Shown here: piece by piece, positions 43,556 through 56,626 of the stretch
Layout of the letters: every line of letters starts with the position of its first letter
How positions within the stretch are numbered: the first letter of the stretch is position 1
NCBI GenBank assembly: GCA_032718475.1
Contig: JAUCBJ010000597.1
Coordinates: 25,329-89,328, forward strand
Reading direction: 5' to 3'
Length of the DNA stretch: 64,000 nucleotides
From: Nemertoderma westbladi
Lineage: Eukaryota > Animalia > Xenacoelomorpha
Program-made: the position numbers and the translations under genes
The notes under the pieces: generated by a model
Seen by the model: only the letters and a program-made list of their open reading frames with translations
Databases searched by the model: none
Told to the model about the DNA's origin: nothing

Positions 43556-44025
43556 AGTCTGCATTATAGATTGCGTATGCACCTTGAGATTTTCTTTGCT
43601 CCTCAGACAGCTATGTAGACACCGTTTCCTTGTCGGTTCAAGTGGTAGGCAGGCATAAGCGCGGCCGTTTTCTTTTAGACATTTGACTGTAAATTGTGGA
43701 GTTTTACTGCAATTGATCATGTGATATTGGGACAGTGGGAATTCGAAATGTTGAACAATTATTGGGAGGCAGTGCAATAATATAATAATAGCCCAGTTTC
43801 TAAAGAGAACTAAAGAAGATTATTTTACATCAAAAAAGTTACTCAAAAAGATGCTGGCCAAGTTGCTGGTATTGTTGCCGCGTGTAAACAGCGAACACAT
43901 TAAGTTGGTCTAAAAAAAAAGTTGCTAGTTGCCGGCAGCGTTTACAAAGTTGCTCATAAAGTTGCCACATGTAAACCGAACTAAAGCTATAACATAATGC
44001 ATGTTTAAATAATATTGTTCGCCGG
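43526..44025 (+). repeat. ~500-bp direct repeat, copy A
   Basis: AATGAACACATCTCCAATC...AATATTGTTCGCCGG matches 45834-46336 with scattered differences. Confidence 0.92.
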
Positions 44026-44261
44026 AATAAAACAATTCCAATTCCAACCCATTCGAAGTAGAGCCATAATTGTAGAATTAATAGTCTGTTAGTAGTCCTA
44101 CTGTATTACCCCAGTACCTGTAACCTATTTCTATTACCTAGCACAGCTCTTTAGGCCTATCTCAGTATCTGCCTATATTAAATCATTATTCAGTTATTAT
44201 CCATTGCTTCTCGATCTCGAACCGGGAGGACCTGAACTCTTTAAGCGTCAACAATCGGACA

Positions 44262-45641
44262 ATGGAACGGTTTACTTGTGAGTCGGGCAACGCACTGCTA
44301 ATTACCAAATCTATGTTTGGCACGACCCAATCACCGGCCACTGTCCCGACTACCGGGTATCGCGAGACCTGTATGCCGCAGGGTCCATTGACGACATCGG
44401 CGTCGACACGTACGTACCACCATAATTACAATCCTGCGACAGGAAAGCATCCGCAATCTCGATACTCGAAACAGCACACGATGCCACCTTCCGAACTCTC
44501 ATCTATGCAGTCTGTGGTGAGGTTACAACATCTCAACCAGACAGACCTCCGAGGAGAACAAAGACAAATTGATCCCAAACTGAGTCTGATGGACACCAAA
44601 CCAAACCTCATTGAATCTGAATCGAGTAATTATACAGCCAGTTCAACTTTATTATCTTATAACAACATATCGTATACCGCTACCCCCGCAGTAACCACAA
44701 CCAACTCAAACCACTATTCTACCCAACCTATATCAGCAGACCAGTCAGATGTTCCGGTAATCCTACGCATTAAGACGGAAGACGAACTGGAATATAAACC
44801 CGACCTAAACGAGGTTGGTGATGGCTTGGGCGATTTATTCTCCCCTATAGATGTAGAATATGGAAACAGTACAGACACTAATGCTTCGACCCCCCACTCA
44901 GCTCAGCAGAATCTCCTCCCGGACTCTAACTCCCTGTCCCCCAACACCGTTCATGGTCCCCTAACAGACACTAGCTCCTCACCAACCCTCACTACTCTGT
45001 CTCCAGGCGACTTCAACTTAAACCTTCCCAACACCTACAACCTCCTGTTGCCCCCTAAATCGACAATTTTCGGTATCGGCGACCGATCACAACCATCCCA
45101 TGATGATTCAGACATGCTCACTTCCAAGACCGACGATGACGTAACACCCGGAAGTATGAATAATTCCTACGAACAACCCCAGGATATTGTGAAAGGAAGC
45201 CGCTCCAATCACCACCCGATCAGCTGTGATACTTGTGATAAGACGTTCGCAAGGAACAGCAACCTAATTAGACACCAACGGATCCATACCGGCGAGCGTC
45301 CTTACCATTGCGGCATCTGCTACAGAAGTTTCTCTCTACTAGATTCCTTAAAGAAACACATGCGTACGCACAGTGGGGAGAAACCGTTTAACTGCAACCT
45401 GTGTGAGAAACGTTTCTCTCGAATAGATAGCCTGACTGTGCACAAGCGGATGCATTCCGGTGAACGTCCGTTTGTGTGCGACACTTGTGGGAAGGGATTT
45501 ACAGAGAGCGGTACTCTAACGCGCCACAAGAGATTACATACAGGGGAACGACCGTTTAGCTGCGATACATGCGGTAAATGTTTCACCCAACAAAATCAAG
45601 TAAAGCACCACAAATGTATCTGCAGTGGGAAGACTCGGTAA
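44262..45641 (+). CDS. C2H2 zinc-finger transcription factor (459 aa; four C2H2 fingers plus a terminal C2HC-type finger), intronless ORF
   Basis: Tandem fingers with TGERP/SGEKP linkers; S/T/P-rich N-terminal region with an IKTE SUMO-like motif. Confidence 0.9.
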   Translation: MERFTCESGNALLITKSMFGTTQSPATVPTTGYRETCMPQGPLTTSASTRTYHHNYNPATGKHPQSRYSKQHTMPPSELSSMQSVVRLQHLNQTDLRGEQRQIDPKLSLMDTKPNLIESESSNYTASSTLLSYNNISYTATPAVTTTNSNHYSTQPISADQSDVPVILRIKTEDELEYKPDLNEVGDGLGDLFSPIDVEYGNSTDTNASTPHSAQQNLLPDSNSLSPNTVHGPLTDTSSSPTLTTLSPGDFNLNLPNTYNLLLPPKSTIFGIGDRSQPSHDDSDMLTSKTDDDVTPGSMNNSYEQPQDIVKGSRSNHHPISCDTCDKTFARNSNLIRHQRIHTGERPYHCGICYRSFSLLDSLKKHMRTHSGEKPFNCNLCEKRFSRIDSLTVHKRMHSGERPFVCDTCGKGFTESGTLTRHKRLHTGERPFSCDTCGKCFTQQNQVKHHKCICSGKTR

Positions 45642-45833
45642 CTGTAATGTTTATCAGGAACGTTTCGTAACTTTCTTTTATATTGGTAAACACAATAATT
45701 GCTCCAGTATAGCAACTTAGTAAACTATATAAATGACGTTAGTTGTAGATTGAACTGCTACATGAGCTTCTTTTGTTATAATGAATAATAAAGGTTGTCT
45801 AAGGACTAGCTTAGCGGCTCAATAAGGAAAAAA

Positions 45834-46336
45834 AATGAACACATCTCCAATCCGACTCTATTGAGTCTGCATTATAGATTGCGATATGCACCTTGAGATT
45901 TTCTTTGCTCCTCAGACAGCCACGTAGACACCGTTTCCTTGTCCGTTTCCTTGTCGGTTCAAGTGGTCGGCAGGCATAATTGCGGCCGTTTTCTTTTGGT
46001 CATTTGACTGTAAATTGTGGAGTTTTACTGTAATTGGTCATGTAATATTGGGACAGTGGGAATTCGAAATGTTAAATAATTATTGGGAGGCAGTGCAATC
46101 ATATAATAATAGCCCAGTTTCTAAAGAGACATTATTTTACATCAAAAAAGTTACTCGATAAGATGCTGGCCAAGTTGCTGGTATTGTTGCCGCGTGTAAA
46201 CAGCGAACACATTAAGTTGGTCTAAAAAAAAGTTGCTAGTTGCCAACAGAGTTGACAAAGTTGCTCAAAAAGTTGCCACATGTAAACTGACCTTAAGCTA
46301 TAAAATAATGCATGTTTAAATAATATTGTTCGCCGG
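45834..46336 (+). repeat. ~500-bp direct repeat, copy B
   Basis: Matches 43526-44025. Confidence 0.92.
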
Positions 46337-47374
46337 TTTCGCACCGACTGTATGTAACATGCGTTTGTATCCCGGCAGGTTATAAACAGTGGCAAACAGT
46401 GTTGTCAAAAATAATTAAAGAATAGCCACACAAATGTTGACTTACGTCACCAAGTTTGTTAGAAAAATAATTGTGGCTTCAACACCCAAGGAACATAATT
46501 AGGCGCATAGTGGTGGTTCAGTTTGCTCAGGAGCCATAGAGATCAGACGGGACTGCCACTCGTTAGGAAGCTAGTTAGTGCCATCGACAGGGATGTAAGT
46601 TGATGTCCAAAGACACCTGAGAGATACAGCAAATCCTGAGTGGATAATACTATCTAGGAATTACAAAGCATTGCATTGTGGAGAATCTCGCTCACGCTAC
46701 AAGCCTATTGACATTTGATTCTTACAGATACCCTTATACCGTAATAATAAATTGTTTGAGCAACACGCACCACCAGAGCTCAGGCGATGGATGAATCAAG
46801 TTCCCATTGCCCTAGCGACCCTTCATTCCTCCGTAGATGCACCCATCCTGCCGTATTTTTACCACAGTAGATTATCTTAAAGCCGAAGCCCCCAAACCAC
46901 TCAGCATCCCCCGCACAACGAAATACCAACGTCTGCTCAGCCGTATAATGGTAGCCGGTATTCCGAATGAATGCTCTCTATTACCCAACGATATATCATA
47001 AATCGCGGTTCACTTCATTACCGTCCGTATCTCTAACAACGTATAAACGTATAGCCGCGTCGCATATTAATAAAGTCAGTACTGTAGGCCTACGTTAGTA
47101 AATACTATTCATTATGTATTCTGTAAATTGCTTTCCATTCCATTCGCTCATTTCTCGCACGATTAACAAGGATTTGGTGCAATCTTCGCCCACCAGAAAT
47201 CTTCGCCCACGAATAACCTTCGCCCTCTAAATACATAAATATTTTCTAAATATATGTTTATATAAAGTAGGCCAGTAGGCCTATATTTTGTGTCAGAGAA
47301 TCTTTGCCTGCATTCAATATTCGCTCGTCAACAAATGGCCTCCAGATATTTACGCTGGTCCACACCAAAGCCAA

Positions 47375-49597
47375 AGGCCAGCCCAGCCTCCTTGTGAAAC
47401 CAAGGCCAGCCTCCTTGTAAAACCAAGGTCAGCCTCCATGTGAAATTAAGGCCAGCTTCCTTGTGAAACCAAGGCCAGCTTCCTTGTGAAACCAAGGCCA
47501 GCTTCCTTGTGAAACCAAGGCCAGCTTCCTTCAGTCCTTCTGAAACCAAGGCCATCTTCCTTGTGAAACCAAGGCCAGCTTCCTTCAGTCCTTGTGAAAC
47601 CAAGGCCAGCTTCCTTGTGAAACCAAGGCCAGCTTCCTTGTGAAACCAAGGCCAGCTTCCTTGTAAAACCAAGGCCAGCCTCCTTGTGAAACCAAGGCCA
47701 GCCTCCTTGTGAAACCAAGGCCAGCCTCCTTGTGAAACCAAGGCCAGCCTCCTTGTGAAACCAAGGCCAGCCTCCTTGTGAAACCAAGGTCAGCCTCCAT
47801 GTGAAATTAAGGCCAGCTTCCTTGTGAAACCAAGGCCAGCTTCCTTGTGAAACCTAGGCCAGCTTCCTTGTGAAACCAAGGCCAGCTTCCTTCAGTCCTT
47901 CTGAAACCAAGGCCATCTTCCTTGTGAAACCAAGGCCAGCTTCCTTCAGTCCTTGTGAAACCAAGGCCAGCTTCCTTGTGAAACCAAGGCCAGCTTCCTT
48001 GTGAAACCAAGGCCAGCTTCCTTGTAAAACCAAGGCCAGCCTCCTTGTGAAACCAAGGCCAGCCTCCTTGTGAAACCAAGGCCAGCCTCCTTCTGAAACC
48101 AAGGCCATCTTCCTTGTGAAACCAAGGCCAGCTTCCTTCAGTCCTTGTGAAACCAAGGCCAGCTTCCTTGTGAAACCAAGGCCAGCTTCCTTGTGAAACC
48201 AAGGCCAGCTTCCTTGTGAAACCACGGCCAGCCTCCTTGTGAAACCAAGGCCAGATTCCTTGTAAAACCAATGCCAGTCTCCTTGTGAAACCAAGGCCAG
48301 CCTCCTTGTGAAACCAAGGCCAGCCTCCTTGTGAAACCAAGGCCAGCCTCCTTGTGAAATTAAGGCCAGCTTCCTTGTGAAACCAAGGCCAGCTTCCTTG
48401 TGAAATTAAGGCCAGCTTCCTTGTGAAATTAAGGCCAGCTTCCTTGTGAAACCAAGGCCAGCTTCCTTGTGAAATTAAGGCCAGCTTCCTTGTGAAACCA
48501 AGGCCAGCTTCCTTGTGAAACCAAGGCCAGCCTCCTTGTGAAACCAAGGCCAGCTTCCTTGTGAAACCAAGGCCAGCTTCCTTGTGAAACCAAGGCCAGC
48601 TTCCTTGTGAAACCAAGGCCAGCTTCCTTCAGTCCTTCTGAAACCAAGGCCATCTTCCTTGTGAAACCAAGGCCAGCTTCCTTCAGTCCTTGTGAAACCA
48701 AGGCCAGCTTCCTTGTGAAACCAAGGCCAGCTTCCTTGTGAAACCAAGGCCAGCTTCCTTGTAAAACCAAGGCCAGCCTCCTTGTGAAACCAAGGCCAGC
48801 CTCCTTGTGAAACCAAGGCCAGCCTCCTTGTGAAACCAAGGCCAGCCTCCTTGTGAAACCAAGGCCAGCCTCCTTGTGAAACCAAGGCCAGCCTCCTTGT
48901 GAAACCAAGGTCAGCCTCCATGTGAAATTAAGGCCAGCTTCCTTGTGAAACCAAGGCCAGCTTCCTTGTGAAACCAAGGCCAGCTTCCTTGTGAAACCAA
49001 GGCCAGCTTCCTTCAGTCCTTCTGAAACCAAGGCCATCTTCCTTGTGAAACCAAGGCCAGCTTCCTTCAGTCCTTGTGAAACCAAGGCCAGCTTCCTTGT
49101 GAAACCAAGGCCAGCTTCCTTGTGAAACCAAGGCCAGCTTCCTTGTGAAACCACGGCCAGCCTCCTTGTGAAACCAAGGCCAGATTCCTTGTAAAACCAA
49201 TGCCAGTCTCCTTGTGAAACCAAGGCCAGCCTCCTTGTGAAACCAAGGCCAGCCTCCTTGTGAAACCAAGGCCAGCCTCCTTGTGAAATTAAGGCCAGCT
49301 TCCTTGTGAAACCAAGGCCAGCTTCCTTGTGAAATTAAGGCCAGCTTCCTTGTGAAATTAAGGCCAGCTTCCTTGTGAAACCAAGGCCAGCTTCCTTGTG
49401 AAATTAAGGCCAGCTTCCTTGTGAAATTAAGGCCAGCTTCCTTGTGAAACCAAGGCCAGCTTCCTTGTGAAATTAAGGCCAGCTTCCTTGTGAAACCAAG
49501 GCCAGCTTCCTTGTGAAATTAAGGCCAGCTTCCTTGTGAAACCAAGGCCAGCTTCCTTGTGAAACCATGACCAGCTTCCTTGTGAAACTAAGGCCTG
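47375..49597. repeat. 23-bp minisatellite (CCTTGTGAAACCAAGGCCAGCTT) with higher-order blocks
   Basis: Directly visible. Diagnostic variants (TTCAGT insert, CCATGTGAAATTAA, CCACGG, AGATTCC) recur in the same order. Confidence 0.95.
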
Positions 49598-51865
49598 CAA
49601 TAAAAATAATATAATGCTATAAAGATGTATTATAAATGATCAAATGGTGATATATATCTACAGGTTTATGTTTAGCACATCTGTAAAAATTGACAGAATT
49701 TCAATGAAATTTTTTTGAAATATTATTATGCGCACAAATTGAGAATGGCACAAATCGAATGAAATATTTGTAAATTAATATAATATATAAAATAAACTAA
49801 AATAAGTACACTGGGCAATTAATAATATTACCACAGAACGAAAATATTCATTCACATAATAATACTACTGTAGATCGAGAACAATTACCTTTGGATATAA
49901 AATGTGTCAGGACATTAATTGCTGTTGTGCATTTTAACATTAAAACTTTGGTTTGTCTCTCACGTCTAAACAGAATATAAAAACAAAATGTATATACCCC
50001 CAAACTTTACACAACAGAGAAATAAAATACAGTAAGCACAATATAAAATGAATTATTATGATTATAAATGTATGGCTTTACTATTATGTAGTCTGTAACT
50101 TTCATAGCGATATGTTTTATTGCAGTGAAATTATAGCCTTAAATATTGATATTTTATGGTTTTCATGTACTAGTTTGTTGTACAGACCGAACTGTACATT
50201 TTTATATTACATAAATTAAGCGTTAGCTTTATAATAAGAAATAAATTAATAAGATAAAGCCACCAAAGTAAGTAACTAAATCAGCGAAATGAAATAATAT
50301 TAAATAATAGATATTGAAATCCGAAGCAAAAAATAATTAGCACAAACGAAAAAGCAAAGAAAATTATATAAATTGTCGAGTGCGAGATGCAGATAGTTTT
50401 GTCTTCATCAAGTAAGGTACTGTGCCATAGGCCTAACAGTAATAGACTTGACTTCTTGATTTTATCTGATAATAAAATAATGACGGGTATCGCTATTTTA
50501 TGTGAGCAATTAAGTTTAATATTATATGTACAGTAGTCCTAATTAACATATTTTCCTTGTTATTATAACAAACATGGATTTGGATTAGTCATAATATTAA
50601 TTATACCTTAATATTTTTAATATTTAAGACATGAACGCACTTTGCATTGACACGAGTTGCTTACATTAAAATAAATAATTCAACATTATACATACGTATA
50701 GAAATAAGTACACGAGACGTTTCACCACTTTGTTCTAATAGGTTAAATAATACTAAAATTACACCTACTACATTAAAGTAAAAAAGTGTCGCTTCTAATT
50801 TGTACTTTAATTCAACTAATTAATTATAAAACATGGCAGGAATATTTAAATGTTTCAACTACCAATAAAGTATAATATTCATCTTCATAAACGTAACTGA
50901 ATTAAATTAAATTCGTAAAGTATATACCGTATATATATTACCAATAAATTTCATTAATTATTATTTTCAAATTATTATACAATTATAAGATTACAAATTA
51001 CGCAGTTTATATTTAACTATTAGCCTGATATTAAGGACTACTAGCAAATTAAACCCGAGTTTCGCAAATTATTTATTGTTAGAACACGTCATCATTGTTA
51101 AATAATTTAATATTGAAGTTGCAGATAGTGGCGCAAAGTGATCGCAAGTAAAAAAGTGATCTCCAGCGCATATTGAATGTAAGTAAAATAAAGTTTAGTT
51201 TAATGTTTTGGTTATAAAAACCGCCACTGTAACTTGCCGCTTTCCCTTAATGTTTTAAATTAAATTAATTTTTAACCCCTCTAAACAAACAGTTACTAAA
51301 AGTTTGTGTTTGCGGTCATTTTGCACCATTAAATGTGAACTTGGCACTTAGATACTATTTGGAGTGTTACAGGACAAACTTTATTAAAAATTTATAAAAA
51401 GCGGATTAAGTCAAAGTGATTATTATTTGGTATCAAGTATAAATAATGTAAAAGAAGACCAACCTTCGTATGTACTGTAGTTAAAACCATAAGAACTTTC
51501 TGAACAATCCCCTCTTATGCACCAGTCACCAGAGAACAGCTTACATGTGTTTACAATTTCATTTAATGATGCTTGTTAATTAATATTATCTCCTTTGAAC
51601 ACCATGTGTCCATTTATAAGTCAAAAATTACAAAGTTTATACTGTACAAAACGACACTGGTGTGTATAGCCTCCTACCAAGGCAATATCATTTATCTATC
51701 AAGGATAGACAAAGACGACAATAATTGTTTATCAAAATTTAAAAAGCCTAAATTCCAGAACCACGTCTGTGTCAGGTTTGTTTCCTAAAGTGCATACTGT
51801 ACCGGTACCGGTGTTAAACTATACTGTACTGTATAGCGGTACGTTAACATATTGTATCCAGTCGA

Positions 51866-52550
51866 TCACACTTCGGTGCAGTCATTCCTTTTACGGTCCG
51901 CCTTTTTTGCATAGAGATCATACAATTGGGCTAACAATTCCGACACGATAACATCGTTGCTGTTCTTACTGACCATTCGGAGCGTGAATACCCCGTCATT
52001 GCGGAGGTATTCCTGGATGAAATTATCGAGCAGTTTACGGTCCCTACGGTAGCCCGCCTTACCGTGACTCAACTGCAGGAGACCGGTGACGTAACTGAAC
52101 CGATTACCGAAGCAAACAATCACCCACACCCACCAACACAGGCTGTATATAGTAACAACGGCTAGTAGAACTAACCAGAACCAAAGGAAGAGGTAGATTT
52201 TCTCGTTAAAAAGGTTTATTGGTAGTACGCATTGGACGGACCAAGGCTGAACGTTCCATGTTTGTAATATGTGGTAGTCGCACATAGTTACTCTGGGGAA
52301 CCGATGGGAGGACGTCCAATCGTGTCCTTCGGCCAGCGCTAGCAGGACCTCGAAACCGTAGATCGCATAGTTTGTGCCGAGAAATGCGTTGAGTAAGAAG
52401 AGCTGGCCAATACAATTGGCGATGTACAGGAGTTTCGACATGAAGTAGATGGGAACGAGGAAATTACCGTATTGTCGACGACAGATGAACCAAAAACATT
52501 TATTGACGCACCACGTCTTACATCCATTGCAACATTCGTTCTTGCTATAC
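51866..52550 (-). CDS. inx: Innexin, exon 2
   Basis: ttatccag acceptor; YGNFL..IYF.SKLLYIAN.IGQLFLLNAFLG, FPRVTMCDY, VQCVLPINLFNEKIYLFLWFW, YLRNDGVFTLRM..N. Confidence 0.95.
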
Positions 52551-52584
52551 CTGGATAAACGGAAAACAAAGAAATATAATAATA

Positions 52585-55500
52585 ATACTCCAGAAACTCA
52601 CCTTTATCTGTCCAGGCAGTGCTCCAGAAACTCACCTGTATCTGTCCAGACAATGCTCCAGAAACTCACATGTATCTGTCCAGACAATACTCCAGAAGCT
52701 CACCTGCATCTGTCCAGACAATGCTCCAGAAACTTACCTGTATCTGTCCAGACACAGGCAATGCTCCAGAAACTCACCTGTATCTGTCCAGGCACAGGCA
52801 ATGCTCCAGAAACTCACCTGTATCTATCCAGGCAATGCTCCAGAAACTCACCTGTATCTGTCCAGACACAGGCAATGCTCCAGAAACTCACCTTCGCCTG
52901 TATCTGTCCAGACAATGCTCCAGAAACTCACCTGTATCTGTCCAGACACAGACAATGCTCCAGAAACTCACCTGTATCTGTCCAGACACAGCCGCTCCAG
53001 AAACTCACCTGTATCTGTCCAGACACAGGCAATGCTCCAGAAACTCACCTGTATCTGTCCAGACACAGACAATGCACCAGAAACTCACCTGCATCTGTCC
53101 AGACAATGCTCCAGAAACTCACATGTATCTGTCCAGACAATGCTCCAGAAACTCACATGTATCTGTCCAGACAATACTCCAGAAGCTCACCTTTATCTGT
53201 CCAGACACAGGCAATGCTCCAGAAACTCACCTGTATCTGTCCAGACATAGGCAATGCTCCAGAAACTCACCTGTATCTGTCCAGACAATGCTCCAGAAAC
53301 TCACCTGTATCTGTCCAGACACAGGCAATGCTCCAGAAACTCACCTGTATCTGTCCAGACATAGGCAATGCTCCAGAAACTCACCTGTATCTGTCCAGAC
53401 ACAGACAATGCACCAGAAACTCACCTGCATCTGTCCAGACAATGCTCCAGAAACTCACATGTATCTGTCCAGACAATACTCCAGAAGCTCACCTTTATCT
53501 GTCCAGGCAGTGCTCCAGAAACTTACCTGTATCTGTCCAGACACAGGCAATGCTCCAGAAACTCACCTGTATCTGTCCAGGCACAGGCAATGCTCCAGAA
53601 ACTCACCTGTATCTATCCAGGCAATGCTCCAGAAACTCACCTGTATCTGTCCAGACACAGGCAATGCTCCAGAAACTCACCTTCGCCTGTATCTGTCCAG
53701 AAAATGCTCCAGAAACTCACCTGTATCTGTCCAGACACAGACAATGCTCCAGAAACTCACCTTCGCCTGTATCTGTCCAGACACAGCCGCTCCAGAAACT
53801 CACCTGTATCTGTCCAAGCACAGGCAATGCTCCAGAAACTCACCTGTATCTGTCCAGACACAGGCAATGCTCCAGAAACTCACCTGTATCTGTCCAGACA
53901 CAGGCAATGCTCCAGAAACTCACCTGTATCTGTCCAGACTCAGGCAATGCTCCAGAAACTCACCTGTATCTATCCAGACACAGACAATGCACCAGAAACT
54001 CACCTGCATCTGTCCAGACAATGCTCCAGAAACTCACCTGTATCTGTCCAGACACAGCCAATGCTCCAGAAACTCACCTGTATCTGTCCAGGCACAGGTA
54101 ATGCTCCAGAAACTCACCTGTATCTGTCCAGACACAGGCAATGCTCCAGAAACTCACCTGTATCTGTCCAGAAAATGCTCCAGAAACTCACCTGTATCTG
54201 TCCAGACACAGACAATGCTCCAGAAACTCACCTGTATCTGTCCAGACACAGCCAATGCTCCAGAAACTCACCTGTATCTGTCCAGGCACAGGTAATGCTC
54301 CAGAAACTCACCTGTATCTGTCCAGACACAGGCAATGCTCCAGAAACTCACCTGTATCTGTCCAGACACAGGCAATGCTCCAGAAACTTACCTGTATCTG
54401 TCCAGAAAATGCTCCAGAAACTCACCTGTATCTGTCCAGACACAGCCAATGCTCCAGAAACTCACCTGTATCTGTCCAGGCACAGGTAATGCTCCAGAAA
54501 CTCACCTGTATCTGTCCAGACACAGACAATGCTCCAGAAACTCACCTGTATCTGTCCAGGCACAGGTAATGCTCCAGAAACTCACCTGTATCTGTCCAGA
54601 CACAGGCAATGCTCCAGAAACTCACCTGTATCTGTCCAGACACAGCCAATGCTCCAGAAACTCACCTGTATCTGTCCAGGCACAGGTAATGCTCCAGAAA
54701 CTCACCTGTATCTGTCCAGACACAGACAATGCTCCAGAAACTCACCTGTATCTGTCCAGGCACAGGTAATGCTCCAGAAACTCACCTGTATCTGTCCAGA
54801 CACAGGCAATGCTCCAGAAACTCACCTGTATCTGTCCAGACACAGACAATGCTCCAGAAACTCACCTGTATCTGTCCAGACACAGACAATGCTCCAGAAA
54901 CTCACCTGTATCTGTCCAGACACAGGCAATGCTCCAGAAACTCACCTGTATCTGTCCAGACACAGACAATGCTCCAGAAACTCACCTGTATCTGTCCAGA
55001 CACAGACAATGCTCCAGAAACTCACCTGTATCTGTCCAGACACAGGCAATGCTCCAGAAACTCACCTGTATCTGTCCAGACACAGACAATGCTCCAGAAA
55101 CTCACCTGTATCTGTCCAGGCACAGGTAATGCTCCAGAAACTCACCTGTATCTGTCCAGACACAGGCAATGCTCCAGAAACTCACCTGTATCTGTCCAGA
55201 CACAGGCAATGCTCCAGAAACTCACCTGTATCTGTCCAGAAAATGCTCCAGAAACTCACCTGTATCTGTCCAGACACAGACAATGCTCCAGAAACTCACC
55301 TGTATCTGTCCAGACACAGCCAATGCTCCAGAAACTCACCTGTATCTGTCCAGACACAGACAATGCTCCAGAAACTCACCTGTATCTGTCCAGACACAGA
55401 CAATGCTCCAGAAACTCACCTGTATCTGTCCAGACACAGACAATGCTCCAGAAACTCACCTGTATCTGTCCAGACACAGACAATGCTCCAGAAACTCACC

Positions 55501-56118
55501 TGTATCTGTCCAGACACAGACAATGCTCCAGAAACTCACCTGTATCTGTCCAGACACAGACAATGCTCCAGAAACTCACCTGTATCTGTCCAGACACAGA
55601 CAATGCTCCAGAAACTCACCTGTATCTGTCCAGACACAGACAATGCTCCAGAAACTCACCTGTATCTGTCCAGACACAGACAATGCTCCAGAAACTCACC
55701 TGTATCTGTCCAGACACAGACAATGCTCCAGAAACTCACCTGTATCTGTCCAGACACAGACAATGCACCAGAAACTCACCTGTATCTGTCCAGACACAGA
55801 CAATGCTCCAGAAACTCACCTGTATCTGTCCAGACACAGACAATGCTCCAGAAACTCACCTGTATCTGTCCAGACACAGACAATGCTCCAGAAACTCACC
55901 TGTATCTGTCCAGACACAGACAATGCTCCAGAAACTCACCTGTATCTGTCCAGACACAGACAATGCTCCAGAAACTCACCTGTATCTGTCCAGACACAGA
56001 CAATGCTCCAGAAACTCACCTGTATCTGTCCAGGCACAGACAATGCTCCAGAAACTCACCTGTATCTGTCCAGACACAGACAATGCTCCAGAAACTCACC
56101 TGTATCTGTCCAGACAGT
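52585..56118 (-). repeat. 34/40-bp minisatellite derived from the innexin exon-1 end plus donor site, filling the intron
   Basis: The - strand unit is GAGCATTGTCT(GTGTCT)GGACAGATACAG/GTGAGTTTCTG. Confidence 0.95.
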
Positions 56119-56626
56119 GTTCCAAATGCCGAGCGCAATATTCCAAGCGTTCTCTCCTTTCTTGGGGATCGCAGAATTGCAGCGCGTTGGTGAGAGAAAC
56201 TAAACGTTGGAGACAAATTCCAGAACGTTCGTTCATCATACGCCATAGGAAACTAGGGGTAACAAACATGACGGCTTGAAGCAGCAACATGATGGGCACC
56301 CATTGGTAGTACTGCAGCTCGAGGCTGCTCTTCTCCGACTTGCTGGGAGGGTAAGCAACATAGACACCGTCTTTCTCCAAAGGTACGTAATATGTGTTTC
56401 GTATCCAGCAAAAGTTATTCACGTAATTTTGCCAAGCGTCCGAGTATTCGTGAGGCACCCAGCATACGATGGGAGACCCAACAAACTGCTTCATGCTGAC
56501 CAGGAAGCAGAAACCCACAAGTAACCCGGAAGTGTAAATATAGTTCAATCTATCGGCCATGTCGTCATCCTGCTTCCGCTTGATGTGCAGGAATTTGGCC
56601 GCACGAAATAATAGTCTGTCTAGCAT
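56100..56626 (-). CDS. inx: Innexin, exon 1 (spliced protein 403 aa)
   Basis: DDDMADRLNY.YT, KQFVGSPIVCWVP, YVNNFCWI.NTYYVP, signature YYQWVP..LLLQA..F..P..LWR; phase-2 donor AG/gtgagt matches exon 2. Confidence 0.95.

Noticed and set aside
47328-49269. Overlapping - strand ORFs (WPWFHKEAGLG...)
   Set aside because: They arise from a 23-bp repeat cycling through frames; no coding evidence.
52449-56279. Multiple long + strand ORFs (MLQKLTCICP...)
   Set aside because: Translations of the antisense strand of the innexin intronic minisatellite.
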